This document shows positions 40,071 through 43,844 of a stretch of 43,844 nt of DNA, piece after piece. This DNA comes from Myxococcota bacterium. Its GTDB lineage: Bacteria > Myxococcota_A > UBA9160 > SMWR01. Each line of letters begins with the position of its first letter. Position 1 is the stretch's first letter. The notes below the pieces were generated by a model that worked only from the letters and a program-made list of their open reading frames with translations, had not been told where the DNA came from and ran no database searches. The position numbers and the translations under genes were made by a program. The stretch spans positions 1 through 43,844 of the forward strand of contig JBFGGA010000003.1 of the NCBI GenBank assembly GCA_041579295.1, read 5' to 3'.

Positions 40071-41375
40071 ATGTCTTTGGGCGCCGTGACCGATCTTGGA
40101 AGGAAGGCGTCGCGCACGCAGCAGCTCGCGGCCGAGCTGCGGTCGAGTGCAGCCAGAATGGCCGAGCGGGCCGGCGGCGGCGTCGCGCTGATCTTCGTGG
40201 CCGCCCCGGAGAACGGCTCCCCGCAGAACACCACCCGGCTGCGAGCCGCCGCCGGGTTCCCCGTCGCGGAGACCGCCAAGGACGCCGCGCAGGCGCTGAT
40301 GGCCACCGTGCGCGAGGTGATCGCCACCGGAGCGCCGCAGCAGCTCGGAGCGCTGGCGTCGCTGGAAGATCGCAGCAAGGGCGGTCTGACGATCGCCGCG
40401 CTGAAGTTGGAGAATCGGTGCCACGGCGCGATCGCGGTCGGCACCCCGGACGCGATCGAGGGCGAGCTGCAGCACGCGATCGCATGCGAGGCCGCGAGCC
40501 TCGCCCTGCTCCTCGATCACGCCCGCGTTTGCGACGAGCTCGAGGCCACGCGAGGGGAAATCCAGGAGCTCCGAAGCAGAGAGCGCGCCGACGACAACAG
40601 CCAGGAGGTGCTCGAGCTATCCGAAGCGCTCTTCGCCCAGGACATCGAGCTCCTGCGCAACAACGAGAAGCTCGGCAAGATCGAGAAGCTCAAGAACGAC
40701 TTCATCGAGAAGATGTCGAGGGAGCTCCGAACGCCGCTCAACAGCATCATCGAATCGATCATTTCGGTGCTGACGAGCGAGAACGAGACGCTCTCCGACA
40801 GCTCGAAGGTGAGCCTGCGCTCCGCGCTGGACGATGGGACGGAATTCCTGCGGACGCTCCAGAACATCCTGGATCTGTGGAAGATCAAGCAGCGCGAGCT
40901 GCCCGTGGAGATCCAGGAAGTGAACTTTCGGGAGGTCGTCGACGAGGCGATCTTCAGCGTCCAGGATCGCATCTCGGAGAAGCCGGTGACCGTCGAGCAG
41001 CGGTTCAGCGAGCCCTTTCCGAAGATTCGAACGGATCTCGCGAAGGTGAACCAGATCCTCTACCTGCTGCTCGAGAACGCGGTCAAGTTCACGCCGCGCG
41101 GGCAGATCACGATCGACTCGCGGCTCGAGAACGACCAGCTCCAATGCGAGGTGCGCGACACCGGGATCGGGATCTGTCCCGACGACCAGCCCCACATCTT
41201 CGAGGAGTTCTTCCAGGTCGACGAGCTCTCGTCCCGTACCTACGCGGGCGCGGGCCTCGGATTGGCGCTCGTGCGAGACCTCGTGGTGCTGCTGGAAGGC
41301 GACATCTCGGTGAGCAGCGATGCAGGCCGGGGCACCGCCGTCACCTTCCAGGTCCCCGTCCAGATCGTGGGCTGA
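40071..41375 (+). CDS. Cytoplasmic sensor histidine kinase-like protein lacking the H-box histidine
   Basis: HisKA segment reads FIEKMSRELRTPLNSII (Arg where His is expected). N box LLENAVKFT, G1 DTGIGI, F box IFEEFFQV and G2 GAGLGLAL are intact. No TM segment seen. Confidence 0.88.
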   Translation: MSLGAVTDLGRKASRTQQLAAELRSSAARMAERAGGGVALIFVAAPENGSPQNTTRLRAAAGFPVAETAKDAAQALMATVREVIATGAPQQLGALASLEDRSKGGLTIAALKLENRCHGAIAVGTPDAIEGELQHAIACEAASLALLLDHARVCDELEATRGEIQELRSRERADDNSQEVLELSEALFAQDIELLRNNEKLGKIEKLKNDFIEKMSRELRTPLNSIIESIISVLTSENETLSDSSKVSLRSALDDGTEFLRTLQNILDLWKIKQRELPVEIQEVNFREVVDEAIFSVQDRISEKPVTVEQRFSEPFPKIRTDLAKVNQILYLLLENAVKFTPRGQITIDSRLENDQLQCEVRDTGIGICPDDQPHIFEEFFQVDELSSRTYAGAGLGLALVRDLVVLLEGDISVSSDAGRGTAVTFQVPVQIVG

Positions 41376-41435
41376 GACCGCGTTCACCACCGGGTAGACA
41401 GCAACGGCGCGCGCGAGACCGCGATCGGATCGCCG

Positions 41436-41648
41436 CTATTCAGCCGCTGACTTCTCTTCCGGGTAGGTGGGCTTGATGTAGCCCGCCGCGATCTCGCGCA
41501 ACGCCACCACGACCTCCTTGTTCTCCTCCGCGTCCACGAGCGCCTTGGCGCCGCGCTTGAGCTGCTTGGTTCGAATGGCGGCCATTTGGACGAGGTTGAA
41601 GCGGTTCGGGACCCGCTCGATGCAGTCTTCGATCGTGATGCGTGCCAT
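41436..41648 (-). CDS. rpoZ: RNA polymerase omega subunit
   Basis: MARITIEDC...NRFNLV.MAA.R.KQL..G...VVALREIAAG. Confidence 0.96.
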   Translation of the reverse strand: MARITIEDCIERVPNRFNLVQMAAIRTKQLKRGAKALVDAEENKEVVVALREIAAGYIKPTYPEEKSAAE

Positions 41649-41721
41649 GAGAGCCTCTCGCTGGAGTGGGATCGCGCTACGGGAAGGACGGTGAGCTTAG
41701 GGCAAGCGCCAGACGAGGGAA

Positions 41722-41751
41722 ACCCCGGCCGGCGAGAGCGCCGGCCGGGGT
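41722..41751 (-). terminator. Probable intrinsic terminator of the histone-like gene
   Basis: Perfect 13-bp stem accccggccggcg-agag-cgccggccggggt, 40 nt after the stop at 41792. Only a short T run follows on the minus strand. Confidence 0.55.
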
Positions 41752-41791
41752 CCTGCGACCTCCACCAGAAAGGTCGATCCGACGAAATCCG

Positions 41792-42118
41792 CTACGCCTT
41801 CTTGCGGCGTCGCGTCTTTCGGCGGGCCTTCTTGCGAGTCGCCTTCTTGCGAGTCGCCTTCTTCCGGCGAGCCTTCTTGCGGGTCGCCTTCTTCCGGCGA
41901 GCCTTCTTGCGCGTGGCCTTCTTGCGCGTGGCCTTCCTGCGCGTGGCCTTCTTGCGAGTGGCCTTCTTGCGGGTCGCCTTCTTGCGGCGAGCCTTCTTGC
42001 GAGCGGCCTTCTTGCGCGTGGCCTTCTTGCGAGTGGCCTTCTTGCGAGTGGCCTTCCTGCGCGTGGCCTTCTTGCGAGTGGCCTTCTTGCGCGTGGCCTT
42101 CTTCCTTCGAGCTGCCAT
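41792..42118 (-). CDS. Histone H1/protamine-like basic repeat protein, (KKATR)n
   Basis: 108 aa: MAARR + 19 x [KR]KA[TAR]R + KTRRR + KKA. 69 of 108 residues are K/R and none is acidic. AGGGGG RBS. Variation between repeat units is largely synonymous in this frame. Confidence 0.85.
   Translation of the reverse strand: MAARRKKATRKKATRKKATRRKATRKKATRKKATRKKAARKKARRKKATRKKATRKKATRRKATRKKATRKKARRKKATRKKARRKKATRKKATRKKARRKTRRRKKA
41822..42103. repeat. 15-bp coding tandem repeat (gccttcttgcgNNNN)
   Basis: About 19 units. The block beginning gccttcctgcgcgtggccttcttgcgagtg recurs at 41931 and 42051 (120-bp higher-order period). Confidence 0.9.
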
Positions 42119-42318
42119 ACCTGGGTAACCCCCCTGTTCGTGGACTCGAGCGCAGCGGTCTTGCTCGTTATGAGCGAACTACAAACCGCCCACTTGTCGC
42201 GCCAACTCGCACGACCGTGTTGCTCCCGCCTCCTATCGGAGACCACAATGTGCGACTTGAAGGCAATCTGCCTTCCTTCCTCACACATTCCGCGGCACTA
42301 GAGCCACTCTTGCAGCCG

Positions 42319-42348
42319 ACGCTAACAAGGTGCTTCGTCGCCCGTCAA
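42319..42348 (-). promoter_or_regulatory. Sigma70-type promoter for the histone-like gene
   Basis: Minus strand TTGACG-N18-TAGCGT with extended TG, and an upstream T-tract (42360-42367) that resembles an UP element. Confidence 0.55.
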
Positions 42349-42607
42349 TAGGTAAACCTAAAAAAAACAGCGTGATGGATCATCATGCTGCGAGCATCGG
42401 GACGAAAAATCACCGAACTCGGGGCCCGGATGCGCAACATCTCCGATCGCGCAGAGCCGATCACTCGATGATGTCGCCGAGCGCTCGACGGCGCCGCGAG
42501 ATCGGGCGCGGGCGCCCGCGGCGAGCGGCTCGAGGCGCGCGCGGTCGAGCGCCGGTAGTTCGCAAACTGCGCGAAGTCAAAGAGATTTTCGAGAGCCGGC
42601 GGGAAAA

Positions 42608-42700
42608 TCAGCGCTTGCGCTTGTGGCGGGCGCGCTTGAGCAACTTGCGCTTCTTGTGCTTGCGCATCTTCTTGCGTCGCTTCTTGATCACGCTGCCCAC
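42608..42700 (-). CDS. 30S ribosomal protein bS22 (AURKAIP1/COX24, DUF1713 family), absent from the ORF track
   Basis: GTG start; reads MGSVIKKRRKKMRKHKKRKLLKRARHKRKR*, near-identical at the N-terminus to mycobacterial bS22 (MGSVIKKRRKRM..., from memory). GAGG RBS. Confidence 0.88.
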   Translation of the reverse strand: MGSVIKKRRKKMRKHKKRKLLKRARHKRKR

Positions 42701-42735
42701 GGGTGAACCTCGTACCACTCTTACCGGGGCAGGGA

Positions 42736-42764
42736 GGGATACTGGTTCATCCGCGGGAAGTCAA
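42736..42764 (-). promoter_or_regulatory. Possible sigma70-type promoter for bS22
   Basis: Minus strand TTGACT-N17-TATCCC, 35 nt before the GTG. The -10 element is weak. Confidence 0.4.
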
Positions 42765-42843
42765 CTCGCAGCCCGCCACGATGATGACCGCGGGCACCGC
42801 GCTCGCTGCGCGGGTGGCAGCCGGTCGAGCGCCGGCAACCCGC

Positions 42844-43317
42844 TCACGCGCCGCAGCGCTCTCGCGAGATGCCCTGGGCGCGGTCGCGAAACATGCCAAC
42901 CCATCGGTTGATCACGTGTCGACGCGGCAGGAATCCGAAGGGAGGCCGTCGCCTCACCCCGAGTTCGGCGAGGTCGTCGAGAATCTGCTGATTGGCGGGA
43001 TCGATCATCAATCCGCGGCGCAGATAGCGGATCCCCTCGGCCTTGAATCCGAAGACGAGGTGCACCTGAGCGAGGTTCCGATAGAGCTCGGGATTGTAGA
43101 ACTCCTCCTTCGCCGCCGACCGGCAGAGCTCCAACGCCTGATCGAAGCGCCGCTTGGCGATTCCCAGACAGAGTCCGTAATAGGAGCGGTAGCGCGGGCT
43201 GTTCGGATCGACTCTCTGAGCCGCGCAGAAATGCTCGAGTGCAATCGCATGGTTGTTGCAATCCAGAGCGGCCCGCCCACGGCGATAGTGCTCTTCCGCT
43301 GAAAAACGCGTGTCCAT
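42844..43317 (-). CDS. Tetratricopeptide-repeat protein
   Basis: AEEHYRRGRAAL...A.EHF..A...DP, YRNLAQVHL..G...EGIRYLRRGL.IDPAN. ATG 43317 follows GGGGAG. Confidence 0.85.
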   Translation of the reverse strand: MDTRFSAEEHYRRGRAALDCNNHAIALEHFCAAQRVDPNSPRYRSYYGLCLGIAKRRFDQALELCRSAAKEEFYNPELYRNLAQVHLVFGFKAEGIRYLRRGLMIDPANQQILDDLAELGVRRRPPFGFLPRRHVINRWVGMFRDRAQGISRERCGA

Positions 43318-43365
43318 ACGTTCTCCCCCGATCGCCACCTCGGAATCGGCGTCGTGCTGGTTTAG

Positions 43366-43380
43366 GCAAGACGCGTGCCG
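43366..43380 (-). promoter_or_regulatory. Sigma54 (-24/-12) promoter of the TPR gene
   Basis: Minus strand CGGCACG-cgtc-TTGC gives GG-N10-GC, matching TGGCACG-N4-TTGC except at the first base. Confidence 0.65.
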
Positions 43381-43460
43381 AAATGCAGGTCCGGCAACAA
43401 GTCGCGTAAGTCTTCGAGATCAAGCGCGCCGGGCCGAAGTTGCGAAAAACCCATGTGGGT

Positions 43461-43476
43461 TGTGCCCTACGTCACA
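43461..43476. promoter_or_regulatory. Palindromic activator-like site TGTGC-N6-TCACA (also TGT-N10-ACA)
   Basis: tgtgccctacgtcaca lies about 80-95 bp upstream of the -24 element and is a 9/10 match to the CRP consensus half-sites. Confidence 0.45.
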
Positions 43477-43718
43477 AGTACGAATTCGTAACCGCGGTTT
43501 CGAGAGCGAAATTCGCGCCGCGCAGGCCAGCGGAGAGATCGATTCGCGGCGCTCACGCGGCAGCCGAGCCCGGGCGCGATCGCGCGCCACCGCGCACTCG
43601 GAGGTTGGGCGCGACGCCGCAAAGCGAACGCGCAGCGTTCGCCGACCAGCGCCGCCTCCCTGACAACTGGGTCCCCGCCAGCGCCCGGCAGCGCGCCGCC
43701 ACGAAGGAACTGCGCGGG

Positions 43719-43844
43719 TTAGTACTCGATGATCTCCAGGATGTAGCGCTTCTTCTCTTTACCGCTCGTCGCCGCCATCAGCGTCCGGATCGCGGAGGCG
43801 TGCGCCCCGCCCTTGCCGATGACCTTGCCGAGGTCTTCCTTCGC
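43719..43844 (-). CDS. khpA: KH-domain RNA-binding protein (KhpA family), 5'-truncated by the window edge
   Basis: Reads AKEDLGKVIGKGGAHASAIRTLMAATSGKEKKRYILEIIEY*, with the GxxG KH loop and the DLGKVIGK.G...AIRT signature. Confidence 0.88.
   Translation of the reverse strand, partial: AKEDLGKVIGKGGAHASAIRTLMAATSGKEKKRYILEIIEY

Noticed and set aside
42125-42150. GTAACC-N16-CGAG on the plus strand
   Set aside because: It overlaps the RBS of the minus-strand histone-like gene and points into a region with no credible plus-strand gene, so it is probably chance.
41586-42301. Alternative-frame repeat proteins (AFLRV)n, (GLLAR)n and (RRPRA)n over the 15-bp repeat
   Set aside because: Only the KKATR frame has an ATG with RBS at the repeat boundary, a stop just after the repeat, an upstream promoter and a downstream terminator.

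Overview
A 43.8-kb, very GC-rich, gene-dense bacterial chromosomal segment, probably from the Myxococcota/deltaproteobacterial lineage (inferred from PilT paralogue type, secreted VWA protein, amidase-rph-rdgB order and codon style; not verified). I saw no rRNA, tRNA, CRISPR array, transposase or prophage. Left part: partial PLP aminotransferase, tungsten-type aldehyde:ferredoxin oxidoreductase with MoaD-like partner, M20 amidohydrolase, YjbQ and small exported proteins. Centre: a long minus-strand run (ECF sigma, NrsF, histidine phosphatase, glgX, glgB, malQ, glycogen synthase, glucan phosphorylase, MscS/MscK, corA, tamA, tamB). Right part: rdgB, rph, amidase, DEDDh exonuclease, protease-like/VWA fusion, beta-barrel, transglutaminase-like peptidase, AmpG-like permease, PilT, histidine kinase, rpoZ, histone-like protein, bS22, TPR protein and partial khpA. 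Best leads: (1) a complete glycogen cluster whose synthase is the yeast/animal GT3 type, with no glgA or glgC in the window; (2) a PilT-linked histidine kinase whose phospho-acceptor His is replaced by Arg (candidate pseudokinase); (3) a (KKATR)n protamine/H1-like protein with a strong promoter and long leader. Also noted: two small genes missed by the ORF track (bS22 and a 42-aa membrane peptide), ECF16, sigma54 and sigma28-like promoters, and three intergenic repeat or hairpin elements. All family calls come from motif recognition by eye; no database search was run.
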